Numbered from the whole stretch's first letter, positions 18,837 to 29,311 are shown. The stretch: 63,959 bases of DNA, filler included, from an uncultured bacterium (GCA_964609495.1; 5 parts of 5 records of this genome joined end to end with filler, not necessarily neighbours in it); one strand, 5' to 3'. Notes: generated by a model from the sequence alone, not told the origin. Numbers and translations are program-made.

Positions 18837-20150
18837 ATGTTGAGAAAAGTGCTTATATTATCACTGGTGGTCTTTTTAGTCTGCGCTCTAGCAACAACTG
18901 CTAGCGCTGCTAAGGCTAAACTAGTTTTCTGGACGATGTGGGCTGGAGATGCCCACCTAGAAGTTCAGAGAGGATGGGCGGAGGACTTTGCCAAGGAGAA
19001 TCCAGATGCTGAAGTTACGGTAGAAGTTGTTCCTTGGGGTGAGTATTATGAGAAGTATCTAGCCGCAATCGCAGGGAAAACTCCTCCAGATCTAGGAGTT
19101 CTGCCTCCTGAAACTGCTGTTCAATTTGGCGCGGCGGGTTGGATGGAGGCTGTAGAGGACGCTTTGGAGGAGTTCGGCATAGATAATATCTACGAGAGTT
19201 TGGTTGCTCTACACACCTATAAGGGACATACCTGGGCTGCCCCTCATGTCAACTACTGCCAAGTCCTATTTGTTCGCGAGGATTTTTTAGAAGAGACGGG
19301 ATGGACTGTGCCCTCTGAGGAAGCCCAGGCTTGGACTTGGGATGAGATGAGACAGATCGCTGAGAAGATGACCGAGGATACCGATGGTGATGGGGAGATT
19401 GACAAATGGGGTATCGGAGGAGAGATAGTCACCCTAAACCGCTCCCATGGCACCGAACACGCAGTCGCTATGGCGATGAAGAGACATGGAGTCACATATC
19501 GAGATTTAGAGGGGAATATAACCTTCGATACTCCTGAGACGGTAGAGGCCGTTCAGGGGATTACCGATCTATTTCTCAAGTATAAGGTTATGCCTCCTGG
19601 CTCCCCCGGATATGGACCCGAGTTTACTATGCTCTATGAGACCAACAAGATCGGTATATTTGGTGCTAGTTCCAGCAACTATTTCACCTTCCAGAACGAG
19701 AGCCCCGAGGCCTTTGAAAAGACGATTCTCCTGCCCTATCCTACTGGACCTATGGGTGGCTCCAACTGGATCTCCCCGGATGGAATAGGGGTATTCAAAG
19801 GCACTAAGGATGTCAAGTGGGCTAAGGAGTTCGTCAAGTTCTACCTGCGAGATGATAACATCAGAAAATGGGCAAAGGCGACAGGTGGACTATGTGCGAC
19901 CAAGAGCGGGAATGAAGATCCCCATTTCCAGGAAACCCTGTTTAAAGTGCAAAGTGATCAGATCGGTTGGGGTTGGGCTACGAGAACCAATGGTTTGATG
20001 GTAACTCCCTCTGATGGAGAGATCATTGGAATGTATGTCTATCAGGATCTGATTCAAGATATCGTAAGCAAGGGGATGTCCGTTGAGGATGCGGTTAAGA
20101 AGGCTACTGAGACGATGAAAAAACTACCTTCCATTCGTCAGAAGTTGTAA
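18837..20150 (+). CDS. Carbohydrate ABC transporter substrate-binding protein
   Basis: Signal peptide, family-1 SBP pattern, DTDGDGEID loop; followed by two CUT1 permeases. Confidence 0.9.
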   Translation: MLRKVLILSLVVFLVCALATTASAAKAKLVFWTMWAGDAHLEVQRGWAEDFAKENPDAEVTVEVVPWGEYYEKYLAAIAGKTPPDLGVLPPETAVQFGAAGWMEAVEDALEEFGIDNIYESLVALHTYKGHTWAAPHVNYCQVLFVREDFLEETGWTVPSEEAQAWTWDEMRQIAEKMTEDTDGDGEIDKWGIGGEIVTLNRSHGTEHAVAMAMKRHGVTYRDLEGNITFDTPETVEAVQGITDLFLKYKVMPPGSPGYGPEFTMLYETNKIGIFGASSSNYFTFQNESPEAFEKTILLPYPTGPMGGSNWISPDGIGVFKGTKDVKWAKEFVKFYLRDDNIRKWAKATGGLCATKSGNEDPHFQETLFKVQSDQIGWGWATRTNGLMVTPSDGEIIGMYVYQDLIQDIVSKGMSVEDAVKKATETMKKLPSIRQKL

Positions 20151-20163
20151 GATAATTCTCTAA

Positions 20164-20190
20164 GAGGGGGAGATTAGTTCTCTCCCCCTC
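20164..20190 (+). terminator. Intergenic hairpin after the SBP gene
   Basis: GAGGGGGAGA-N7-TCTCCCCCTC. Confidence 0.5.
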
Positions 20191-20210
20191 CTTATGAGGA
20201 GGAGAGTTAG

Positions 20211-21113
20211 TTGAAAAGAGCTATTAGAAACGCTTTGGAGAGGGAAGATATATGCGCCTTTATATTTCTCGCCCCAGCATTTGTCTTCTTCCTAGCTATA
20301 ATGCTCTATCCGCTGCTTTCCGGGATCCGAATATCTTTCTTCGAAAAATCCTTGATCTATCCAATAACTAATTACATTGGCTTAGGGAACTATAAAGAAC
20401 TGCTTTATGATAAACAATTCTGGATATCATTTCGCAACACTGCTTTATGGACCATTTCCGTCACCCTGCTCAATTTTCTAGTGGGACTTGGGCTGGCTCT
20501 ACTTCTAAATCAAAGCTTCAAGGGAAGAGGCATTATTCGGGCTATATGGCTACTTCCCTGGGCAGTCCCCACTATCGCGGCTTCCTTAACCTGGCGCTGG
20601 ATGTATGAGCCTGAGGCCGGGGTTCTAAATTATATATTGAAGAGGATGGGATTAATTACCTCTAATATCCTGTATCTCACTCACGTTTCCACTGCTTTAG
20701 TCTCGGTAATCATCGTTGCTATCTGGAAGGGATATCCCTTTACGATGATGGCTTTATTGGCTGGTCTGCAATCTATCCCCCAGGAGTTATATGAAGCCGC
20801 CCAGATAGACGGAGCCTCCGTCTGGAAGAGATTTATATATATCACCCTCCCTTCCTTAGCTCCTCTGATAGTTATCCTAACCACCTTACAAGTGATCTGG
20901 AACTTCAACCATTTTGATATAGTATATCAACTGACTCAGGGAGGCCCTGGAGATGCGACGAGGTTGTTAAGCACAATCGTTTATATGACTGCTTTTGGGG
21001 GAACAAGACTCGGCTATGGTTCAGCAATGGCAGTAATTATGCTTATCTTCCTTCTCATATTCAGCTATGTATATTTCACTTTATATAGAAGAACAGGTAA
21101 AGAGGGTGTGTAA
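20211..21113 (+). CDS. Carbohydrate ABC permease (MalF-like)
   Basis: LYEAAQIDGAS EAA motif. Confidence 0.92.
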   Translation: MKRAIRNALEREDICAFIFLAPAFVFFLAIMLYPLLSGIRISFFEKSLIYPITNYIGLGNYKELLYDKQFWISFRNTALWTISVTLLNFLVGLGLALLLNQSFKGRGIIRAIWLLPWAVPTIAASLTWRWMYEPEAGVLNYILKRMGLITSNILYLTHVSTALVSVIIVAIWKGYPFTMMALLAGLQSIPQELYEAAQIDGASVWKRFIYITLPSLAPLIVILTTLQVIWNFNHFDIVYQLTQGGPGDATRLLSTIVYMTAFGGTRLGYGSAMAVIMLIFLLIFSYVYFTLYRRTGKEGV

Positions 21114-21155
21114 AAGCTTATTCCTGCCATTAAATCCTACTTTCATAAGGAGAAG

Positions 21156-22001
21156 ATGAAAATGTTCTTATCTCACAAAACTAGAGGGGCAATAGGTCAG
21201 ATATTTTTTTATGCAATAGTTATTATTATAACTATACTCCTTGCTTTTCCTCTATACTGGATGTTTTTGACCTCTTTAAAGCCGCTCGATAAGATATTTG
21301 TCTATCCTCCAACTTTTATCACCAAGCCAGATCCTGAAAACTATATAACAGTCTGGAATAAGATGGGTTTTTCGCGCTTATTTTACAATACCGCTAAAGT
21401 AGCTCTTCTAACAACGATATTGAGTGTATCAGTAGCTTCCCTAGCTGGATATGCGATCGCCAGATTCAGATTTAAAGGACGTGATATTATCGGTTTGTTG
21501 ATCTTAGGAACTTATATGTTCCCGGGGGTTCTTCTCTTGATACCGATCTACGTCTTTATGGCACGAATTAATTTGGTCAATACTCATACCTCTTTGATCA
21601 TAGCGGTAACTACCTTCTCGCTTCCCTTCTGTATATGGATGCTCAGAGCTTATTTTACTACTCTTCCCACAGATCTCGAGGATGCGGCTAGAATAGATGG
21701 ATGCAGCCGTCTAGGAGCACTGATTAGAATCGTATTGCCTCTTTCTGCTCCTGGGATAGCGGCTACAGCGGTATTCGCTTTTATCGCCGCTTGGAATAAT
21801 TATCTATTCGCTCTTACCTTTATAACCTCGGAGGGGAGGAAAACTTTACCTCCGGCTATATCAACCTTTATTACTAGGGAGGGGATTCACTGGAATCTCC
21901 TTATGGCTGGAGGGATGGTCGCTACTGTTCCGGTGATCATATTTTTCCTCATATTACAAAGATACTTAGTCAAAGGTCTAACTCTGGGGGCTATAAAGTA
22001 G
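21156..22001 (+). CDS. Carbohydrate ABC permease (MalG-like)
   Basis: LEDAARIDGCS, QRYLVKGLTLGAIK. Confidence 0.92.
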   Translation: MKMFLSHKTRGAIGQIFFYAIVIIITILLAFPLYWMFLTSLKPLDKIFVYPPTFITKPDPENYITVWNKMGFSRLFYNTAKVALLTTILSVSVASLAGYAIARFRFKGRDIIGLLILGTYMFPGVLLLIPIYVFMARINLVNTHTSLIIAVTTFSLPFCIWMLRAYFTTLPTDLEDAARIDGCSRLGALIRIVLPLSAPGIAATAVFAFIAAWNNYLFALTFITSEGRKTLPPAISTFITREGIHWNLLMAGGMVATVPVIIFFLILQRYLVKGLTLGAIK

Positions 22002-22059
22002 ATATATACACCTCCTTCGCAGACGGTCACTTGAATTATAGGCTTTAGCCAATAGTAAA

Positions 22060-22094
22060 ACCAGCCACTGATGTGATGTGGGTGGTATTTTTTT
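22060..22094 (+). terminator. Intrinsic terminator
   Basis: ACCAGCCAC...GTGGGTGGT followed by ATTTTTTT. Confidence 0.65.
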
Positions 22095-22220
22095 AATCTC
22101 TTAGGCTCATTACATTTCGTAAGATATGCCGATTTGGTAGCATAGACGAGGTCGATTATTCTAAGCTGCGCGTAATTGATGATCTCGCCCATCTTTCCGC
22201 TCACTTTGTTCAAACCGCCA

Positions 22221-22293
22221 TCGCTACGCCCCGGTTCGCTCCACTTTAACCAAATGCCTTTGACACTTCGTAAACACGAAGGACATTAGGCGA
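22221..22293 (+). repeat. Degenerate attC-like remnant
   Basis: CCAAATGCCTTTGACACTTCGTAAACACGAAGGACATTAGGCGA directly before an RBS; shares CTTCGTAAAC and AC(G/A)TTA with 24853-24872. Confidence 0.4.
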
Positions 22294-22313
22294 TGTAAAA
22301 TTGGAGGAAAATT

Positions 22314-22835
22314 ATGGGTAAAAAAAGGAGGAATTCAGGTATGCTAATTCCAACAATAGTAATGGGGGTGCTGGCAATTGTCCTTCTTATCATAGGATAT
22401 TATAAGGGACAAGGGCAACACATCAGTGGTATGAAATCAGCCCTGAATATGACGGTTCAGATCCTACCGTTGTTGTTTTTCTCATTTATCGTAGCTGGTA
22501 TGGTTCAGATTCTTATCCCTCGAGAACTACTATCAAAGTGGATAGGTGTGGAATCTGGTATGCGAGGGATATTCATCGGTGCATTAGCCGGCAGTTTGAC
22601 CCCTGGAGGTCCTTATGTTACTTTACCCATCGCGGCTGGACTTTTACGTTCCGGGGCGAGTGCGGGGACTATGGTTGCCTTTCTAACAGGATGGTCATTA
22701 TGGGCAATTCAACGATTGCCGATGGAAGTAGGAATAGTGGGTTGGAAATTCGCCCTCATTCGTCTTGCAAGCACCTTTTTCTTCCCCCCTATTGCTGGAT
22801 GGATAGCTCAGATGTTCTTTGCAGGTGTTAAATGA
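22314..22835 (+). CDS. Predicted permease (DUF318/ArsP-like, short form)
   Basis: TPGGPYVTLPIAAGLL, AFLTGWSLW, several TM helices. Confidence 0.75.
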   Translation: MGKKRRNSGMLIPTIVMGVLAIVLLIIGYYKGQGQHISGMKSALNMTVQILPLLFFSFIVAGMVQILIPRELLSKWIGVESGMRGIFIGALAGSLTPGGPYVTLPIAAGLLRSGASAGTMVAFLTGWSLWAIQRLPMEVGIVGWKFALIRLASTFFFPPIAGWIAQMFFAGVK

Positions 22836-22921
22836 ATATCAGCGATGCAGAGGAAACGTTTCTATTTGAAACTTTAAATTCACCCGCCCCTTTGTTGGGC
22901 GGGAAAAGGAGGAATGATAGT

Positions 22922-24748
22922 ATGCTTAAAGAACTACGTCTTGATGATGAAGCTCCATGGAAGAAGCGCTTTCGCGCGCCAGTGGTTCTGTGGACACAGC
23001 TTGCCAAGGCAGCGCCAACTCGCGGCCTAGCAGGCAGCAACAAATCGGGAGTGTTCCAACTGTATGCGTGGGATGTGCCTACTGGTGAACTGAAACAATT
23101 GACGGACCGACCTGAGGGAATGCTGTTTGGGATAATATCGCCAGATGGTCATTATGTATATTACCTGGACGATAAGCAAGGCAATGAAATCGGGCACTTT
23201 GTGCGTGTTCCCTTTGAGGGTGGTGAGCCACAGGATATCACGCCAGATATGCCCCTCTACTCATCATTTAGTTTTACCGTGAGCCAAGCAAGTAATCTCA
23301 TCGGATTCACCCTGGCTGATCCTGATGGTTTTCACCTGTATCTTATTGACTTGAGACTTGAGAGTTCACTCGGCACCCCGCGGATGCTCTACCAGAGCAA
23401 GAGCCTTACTTTTGGGCCTTTTCTTTCTCACAGGGGCGAGATCACTGTGATAGCCTCCACCGAGCGCACGGGTATGCAACATTACAGTCTGCTAGCTTTT
23501 GACACCATCAGCGGTGAGCAGATCGGAGAATTGTGGGATGGACCGGAGAACAGCCTGGGAGCTGTTGCTTTTTCACCTGTTGCCGGTGATTATCGCCTAC
23601 TGGGAACGACCAACCGAACCGGTGTTACAAGACCCCTCATCTGGAATCCGCGCACAGGCGAGCGCGTTGACCTGGCGTTTGAGGAGCTGGAAGGTGATAT
23701 CTCTCCGCTGGACTGGTCACCAGATGGGAAGCGTATCCTGCTGTGCCAGTTCAACCGGGCTGTCCAGCAACTCTATATCTATAACTTGACAGATAAAACT
23801 TTGAAGCGGTTGGATCACCCCACTGGTGGACTGTGGGCGTACTTCGGACCGGAGGGAGAGATCTTTGCTCAGTGGCAAGATTCGACGCATCCGTCACAAC
23901 TTATCGCCCTGGATGATGAAACAGGCGTCCAAACGCGCACTGTGTTGGTGGCAGGCGAGGTGCCACCGAGTCATCCCTGGAAGTCTATCACCTTTACCTC
24001 GTCCGACGGGCAGGAGATCCAAGGATGGCTTGGCTTACCTGACGGTGGAGGTCCGTTCCCCACAATCCTGCATACACATGGGGGACCTGAGGCTGTGACG
24101 ATCGAGAACTTTTCTGCTGATAGCCAAGCCTGGCTCGATCACGGCTTTGCCTATCTGACGATCAACTACCGCGGCTCAACCACCTTCGGTCGAGAGTTCC
24201 AGGAGCAACTCTGGGGCGATCCAGGTCATTGGGAAGTGGAGGATATGACTGCCGCCCACGACTGGCTGATCGAGCAGGGTATCGCCAGACCAGATCAGAT
24301 ATTGCTGACTGGATGGTCCTACGGTGGTTACCTGACTCTGCAGGGACTAGGCAAAAGACCTGATCTGTGGGCAGGCGGCATGGCAGGCATCGCCATATCT
24401 GATTGGGCTGTGATGTATGAGGATGCGGCAGATACGCTAAAGGGATATCAGGTAGCACTCTTCGGAGGCACGCCGGAGGAGAAGCCAGAACAATATGCGG
24501 CCAGTTCACCTATCACCTATGTGGAGAACGTCAAAGCGCCGGTGCTCATCATCCAGGGACGCAACGATACGCGGACCCCAGCGCGTCCGATTGAGATGTT
24601 CGAAGAGAAGATGAAATCTCTCGGCAAGTCCATCGAGGTCCACTGGTTCGACGCAGGACATGCAGGCTCGTTTGCGCAAGTTGAGCTGTCCATCGAGAAT
24701 CAAGAGCTTATGCTTCGCTTTGCCTATCGCATCCTGAGTGGACGTTGA
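22922..24748 (+). CDS. S9 family prolyl oligopeptidase/acylaminoacyl peptidase
   Basis: HGGP, NYRGSTTFG, GWSYGG nucleophile, QGRND, AGH; beta-propeller N-terminus; start after AGGAGG. Confidence 0.92.
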   Translation: MLKELRLDDEAPWKKRFRAPVVLWTQLAKAAPTRGLAGSNKSGVFQLYAWDVPTGELKQLTDRPEGMLFGIISPDGHYVYYLDDKQGNEIGHFVRVPFEGGEPQDITPDMPLYSSFSFTVSQASNLIGFTLADPDGFHLYLIDLRLESSLGTPRMLYQSKSLTFGPFLSHRGEITVIASTERTGMQHYSLLAFDTISGEQIGELWDGPENSLGAVAFSPVAGDYRLLGTTNRTGVTRPLIWNPRTGERVDLAFEELEGDISPLDWSPDGKRILLCQFNRAVQQLYIYNLTDKTLKRLDHPTGGLWAYFGPEGEIFAQWQDSTHPSQLIALDDETGVQTRTVLVAGEVPPSHPWKSITFTSSDGQEIQGWLGLPDGGGPFPTILHTHGGPEAVTIENFSADSQAWLDHGFAYLTINYRGSTTFGREFQEQLWGDPGHWEVEDMTAAHDWLIEQGIARPDQILLTGWSYGGYLTLQGLGKRPDLWAGGMAGIAISDWAVMYEDAADTLKGYQVALFGGTPEEKPEQYAASSPITYVENVKAPVLIIQGRNDTRTPARPIEMFEEKMKSLGKSIEVHWFDAGHAGSFAQVELSIENQELMLRFAYRILSGR

Positions 24749-24821
24749 TCATGTTGCGGATGGATATTGACCTGTGACCTTCTGGGATGTAGTAAGAAGG
24801 AGAAATATACTCTCTGCTGTG

Positions 24822-24873
24822 ACGAAGCGGCGGGCGAACTCTGTGCTCGTCGCTTCGTAAACCACCACGTTAA
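24822..24873 (+). repeat. attC-like hairpin remnant
   Basis: ACGAAGCGGCGGGC-N9-GCTCGTCGCTTCGT then AAACCACCACGTTAA with a GTT core. Confidence 0.45.
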
Positions 24874-24912
24874 TTGAATATATGCTCAACTCTCAAATTT
24901 TTCTCTTAAAAC

Positions 24913-24965
24913 TTGACATTTTAAGATTTTTTTGGTATAATATAGTTGAATATATGTTCAACTAT
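24913..24965 (+). promoter_or_regulatory. sigma70 promoter plus ArsR/CadC operator
   Basis: TTGACA-N17-TATAAT followed by palindrome ATAGTTGAA-TATATG-TTCAACTAT. Confidence 0.8.
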
Positions 24966-24998
24966 TTGTTTTATTATAATCCCAAGGTTGGTGATATT

Positions 24999-25373
24999 AT
25001 GACTACCGAGGTAGAAAGTATAGCTGATGATATCTGCGAGGTATATAGTGTCGATAAGGAAAGAGTAAAACGCGCTCGGGAGAATATGAAATCCGATCCC
25101 ACAATTTATGATATATCTGAGACCTTCAAGGCTCTTAGTGACCCTACCAGGATAAGGATCATATTCGCCCTATCTCAAGAGGAGATGTGTGTTTGTGATA
25201 TAGCTTGTCTATTGGGTCTAACCGAATCAGCTATCTCGCATCAGTTGAGGATATTGAGGAATCTTCGCTTGGTAAAATATCACAAGGAAGGAAGAATGGC
25301 ATATTATTCCTTAGATGATCATCATATCAATAACCTGTTAGATCAGGTGATCGAACATACCGAGGAGAGATAA
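24999..25373 (+). CDS. cadC: CadC/SmtB (ArsR family) metal-sensing repressor
   Basis: FKALSDPTRIRI, EMCVCDIA, SAISHQLR, YYSLDDHH. Confidence 0.88.
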   Translation: MTTEVESIADDICEVYSVDKERVKRARENMKSDPTIYDISETFKALSDPTRIRIIFALSQEEMCVCDIACLLGLTESAISHQLRILRNLRLVKYHKEGRMAYYSLDDHHINNLLDQVIEHTEER

Positions 25374-25401
25374 ATATCGGCTTCCTTTTTTATTTTCTCG
25401 A

Positions 25402-25425
25402 ATGATTGAATATCTGTTCAACTGT
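25402..25425 (+). promoter_or_regulatory. Further CadC-type operator before cadA
   Basis: TTGAATATCTGTTCAA, near-copy of the 24946-24961 core. Confidence 0.7.
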
Positions 25426-25451
25426 TTGTATAAAGAAAGGATGTGGGGATA

Positions 25452-26748
25452 ATGCGGACAAGCTTGGAGATCCCTGTAGTTCTACCCACCAATGGAAGTT
25501 GTGATCTGTGTATAAATAGGTTGAAGGATTCTCTTAACGCCTCATCGGGAATAGAGCATATCGAGGTGAAGCCCGATAGATCTGAGATGTTGATCGACTA
25601 CGATTCTAATCTTATATCTCTGGAAAAGATAGAGGAAGAGGCTAAGGAAACTGGTATCGCTCTAGCTAAGAAGTATAACCACGAGCATTTCGATCTGGCT
25701 GGGATCGATTGTCCAGACTGCGCCCTGACTCTGGAGAAGGCGATCTCTCGGCTTAGAGGTTCGATCTGGGTGTCAGTGAACTTCGCTTCCTCGAAGATGC
25801 AAGTCGAGTATGAAGCTGATAAGCTCGACCGGGAAACCATCATATCTCGGATAAGAGAGCTAGGCTATGAGGTGAGCCGAGTAACCAAGCCCTTGGATGA
25901 GAGAGGCAATATGACTCCTCGTTTAGAAGTGGAAGCTGAGGAGAAAGAGCAGTGGGATAGAAACAAGAAATTGATAACCACTATAATCTCAGGTATATTT
26001 GCTGGAGTTGGACTTATACTTCATATCTCAGGTTATCAAGCATCTACTACTATCCCTATCTTTCTGGTAGCTATAATCTCGGGAGGGATTTTCGTAGCTC
26101 AGAAGGGATTCTACGCTCTGCGAAGTTTAGCTTTAGATATGAACTTCCTTATGACAATAGCGGTGATCGGAGCGATGATAATCGGAGAATGGGCTGAGGG
26201 AGCGATGGTTATCTTCCTCTTCTCCCTAGCTAATCTTCTGGAATCCTCCAGTATGGATAGGGCTAGAAAAGCCATTCGCTCACTTATGAAGTTATCACCC
26301 AATATAGCTACCATCAGAGTTAATGGCCAGGAGACGAAGATCTCGATTGAGGAGGTAAAGATTGAAGATGTGGTTATAATCAAACCGGGAGAGAGGATAC
26401 CCCTAGATGGAGTGATCATCAAAGGTGAATCCTCAGTCAATCAAGCGCCGATAACTGGAGAATCGATACCCACCCAGAAGAATAAAGGCGATGAGGTCTA
26501 TGCTGGCACGATAAATGAAAGGGGCTACTTAGAGATAGAGGTTACCAAGTTGGTCAAGGACACCACCCTAGCTCGGATAATACATCTGGTGGAGGAAGCC
26601 CAAGCGCAGAAAGCTCCTTCCCAGAGCTTTGTTGATAAATTCGCTAAGTATTATACCCCTGTCGTTATTTTATCCGCTATCCTTATAGCCTCACTCCCGC
26701 CTCTAATATTCAAACAACCCTTCACCCCCTGGTTATATCGGGCGCTAG
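25452..26748 (+). CDS. cadA: Heavy-metal (Cd/Zn) P1B ATPase, truncated by contig end
   Basis: Two HMA domains (CDLC, CPDC), MNFLMTIA, PGERIPLDG, ITGES. Confidence 0.9.
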
Positions 26749-26848
26749 NNNNNNNNNNNNNNNNNNNNNNNNNNNNNNNNNNNNNNNNNNNNTTAATTAA
26801 TTAANNNNNNNNNNNNNNNNNNNNNNNNNNNNNNNNNNNNNNNNNNNN
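26749..26848. other. Artificial contig linker
   Basis: N-run/TTAATTAATTAA/N-run. Confidence 0.98.
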
Positions 26849-27008
26849 GGGTATATTATGGAGGTCAAGCTAGATGAACCCGACCTTGACGGATAGCCAC
26901 AACTATCAACTGTCGAACTTGAGATGAAAGGAGGGAGATAGGTAGGAATATAGAAGGTAGATTTTTAAGATCGGTGGTATCAAAAATTTTTTAGGGAGGT
27001 AAAATCAG

Positions 27009-28328
27009 ATGTTTAAAAGATTAGTAGTGGGATTGATGGTGGGATTATTGATAATTTCTATCCCACTGATAGTTGGTGCTGAAAAAGTGAAGATTACTTA
27101 CTGGCATCAGTGGACAGGCCAGTGGACGCCAGTGCTAGCTGATATCGCTAAGATGTATAATGAAGCGCATCCAGATGTAGAGGTGAAAGCTGTTGTAGTG
27201 CCAGAAGATTTTACTCAAAGGCTTATGACCGCTATCACTACTGGTGATGTCCCTGATGTAGTAAGCCTGACTGGTAGTGGAAACCTTATGCTCGCTGAGA
27301 AAGAGGTTCTCATCCCTATCGATGAGCTTATGTCCCCTGAGGAAATGCAAGCCTTTAAGGATTGGGCAATGCCGGTCATTTGGGAGGTAAATGACTATAA
27401 GGGTCATATATGGGCAATAACCCCATATATAGATGTTCCGAGTCTATATTATAACGAGACTATGTTTGAAGAGGCTGGACTCGATCCTGATAAGCCTCCT
27501 CTGGACATAAAGACCTTAGATGAGTTTACCCAAAAATTAACTAAATATGATGTGAGAGGTAATATCGATAGGATAGGATTTTATCCCTCCTGGGGGATTG
27601 CGACCTGGGGTAATGCATTTGGAGGTAATCTCGTTAATGAGGCTGGGGATAAAGTAGTATTCAATGAGGACCCCAAGATATTAGCCGCCCTAGAATGGAT
27701 CACCTCTTATTCTGAGGTGTTCGATGTTAAAAAGGTCGTGGCTTTCGAGTCAGGACTTGGTGAGGAAAGAGGAGGAATATTAGATCCGTTTATATCAGAG
27801 AGAAAAGCCATGGAGCAACAAGGACAGTGGGTGATCATAAACATAGCTAATTATGCTCCTGAAGATTTCTCTTATGGTATCACGTCTTATCTTCCCTGCC
27901 CGCCTGATGGGAGAAAGAACTCAGTTCTTACTCGTTCAGCCTATGGAGCTCTCGCTATACCTAAGGGTAGCAAGCATACAAAAGAGGGATTAGATTTCGC
28001 TACGTTCTGGGTAGGTTATAAAGCACCAGAGGAAAGAGCTAAGATATTCGAGTGGGGAGCTTGGATGCCTCTTGATAAGGGGCAAGAAGTCTGGAATTTG
28101 GAGAGTCTCCAGCCATACCTAGAGGAATATCCTCAGTTTAATATATTCAGGGATATCCTATTCGCTGGGAATTGGACGGTAATGAAGACTCCTGCTGACT
28201 CCTTCCTATTTGACAGATTGGATTCAGCTAATGATTATGCTAGGCTTCTCCAGAAGACTCCTAAGCAAGCCTTAGATGATGCCGCAAAAGAGGTTCAGCA
28301 AGAGCTTGATAGACTATTAGCTGAATAA
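27009..28328 (+). CDS. Carbohydrate ABC transporter substrate-binding protein
   Basis: Signal peptide, KITYWH, LYYNETMFEEAGLDPDKPP. Confidence 0.9.
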   Translation: MFKRLVVGLMVGLLIISIPLIVGAEKVKITYWHQWTGQWTPVLADIAKMYNEAHPDVEVKAVVVPEDFTQRLMTAITTGDVPDVVSLTGSGNLMLAEKEVLIPIDELMSPEEMQAFKDWAMPVIWEVNDYKGHIWAITPYIDVPSLYYNETMFEEAGLDPDKPPLDIKTLDEFTQKLTKYDVRGNIDRIGFYPSWGIATWGNAFGGNLVNEAGDKVVFNEDPKILAALEWITSYSEVFDVKKVVAFESGLGEERGGILDPFISERKAMEQQGQWVIINIANYAPEDFSYGITSYLPCPPDGRKNSVLTRSAYGALAIPKGSKHTKEGLDFATFWVGYKAPEERAKIFEWGAWMPLDKGQEVWNLESLQPYLEEYPQFNIFRDILFAGNWTVMKTPADSFLFDRLDSANDYARLLQKTPKQALDDAAKEVQQELDRLLAE

Positions 28329-28337
28329 GTGCGATAT

Positions 28338-28368
28338 AAGAGCCTATGAGGACTCCTCATAGGCTCTT
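28338..28368. terminator. Perfect 14-bp hairpin after the SBP gene
   Basis: AAGAGCCTATGAGG-ACT-CCTCATAGGCTCTT. Confidence 0.65.
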
Positions 28369-28400
28369 TGCTAATCCGAATAAAAAGCTAAATTAGGAGT

Positions 28401-29249
28401 ATGAAGATAATTATGAAGAGAGAATATAAGGAATTTATTAAGCGATTAGCTAATCATATAATACTGATATTCTTCGCATTTCTGTTTGCTCTACCGCTAT
28501 TTTGGATGATTTCAACTTCGCTTAAGATAAACAGACAGATATTTATATTTCCACCAGTATGGATACCAAATCCTATAGAATGGGGACATTATGGAAGAGC
28601 AATAAATTTTATTCCATTTTTTACATATCTAAAGAACACCGTAATTATCTGTGGATTTTCCGTAGTGGGATCTGTCCTGTCTTGCTCATTAGCCGCGTAT
28701 GGTTTTTCAAGGGTTGACTGGCCAGAGCGAAATATCGTATTTATGCTCGTGCTAGCTACAATGATGATTCCTTTTGCTGTAACTATGATACCCCTTTTCA
28801 TCGTATTTAATAAACTTCATTGGGTGAATACCTTCTATCCCTTGATTATACCTACTTATACTGCGCCCGCATTTTTCGTATTTCTTCTGCGCCAATTTTT
28901 TATGACTATACCAGCAGAAATTTCAGATGCGGCGCGAATAGATGGATGTTCAGAGTTTAATATCTATAGACAAATAATACTTCCCTTAGCGAAGCCAGCC
29001 TTAGCTACGGTAGGTTTATTTCAATTTATATGGAGCTGGAATGACTTTCTCGGCCCATTGATATATCTAAGAGATCAAAGTAAATACACCTTAGCAATTG
29101 GTCTTCAGCAATTTAGAAGCAGTTATCTTACCGAATGGGGAATGCTTATGGCGGCAGCCACTATGATGGTGTTGCCTATTGTTATAATATTTTTCTTTAC
29201 CCAACGCACCTTTATTCAAGGTATTGCCCTAACAGGATTGAAGGGATAA
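28401..29249 (+). CDS. Carbohydrate ABC permease (MalG-like)
   Basis: ISDAARIDGCS, QRTFIQGIALTGLKG. Confidence 0.92.
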   Translation: MKIIMKREYKEFIKRLANHIILIFFAFLFALPLFWMISTSLKINRQIFIFPPVWIPNPIEWGHYGRAINFIPFFTYLKNTVIICGFSVVGSVLSCSLAAYGFSRVDWPERNIVFMLVLATMMIPFAVTMIPLFIVFNKLHWVNTFYPLIIPTYTAPAFFVFLLRQFFMTIPAEISDAARIDGCSEFNIYRQIILPLAKPALATVGLFQFIWSWNDFLGPLIYLRDQSKYTLAIGLQQFRSSYLTEWGMLMAAATMMVLPIVIIFFFTQRTFIQGIALTGLKG

Positions 29250-29278
29250 AAAATTTCAAAAATTTTTTATCAAACCCC

Positions 29279-29307
29279 TTGACAAAATCCCGATTTATTG
29301 GTATACT
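29279..29307 (+). promoter_or_regulatory. sigma70 promoter with extended -10
   Basis: TTGACA-N17-TATACT with TGn before the -10. Confidence 0.8.
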
Positions 29308-29311
29308 ATAG

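Noticed and set aside
23499-24703. Several overlapping short ORFs within the S9 peptidase, and similar antisense ORFs elsewhere
   Set aside because: Shadow frames of well-supported genes; no motifs or RBS.
24882-24998. N-terminal extension of cadC in the ORF track
   Set aside because: Spans the promoter and operator; ATG 24999 has the RBS.
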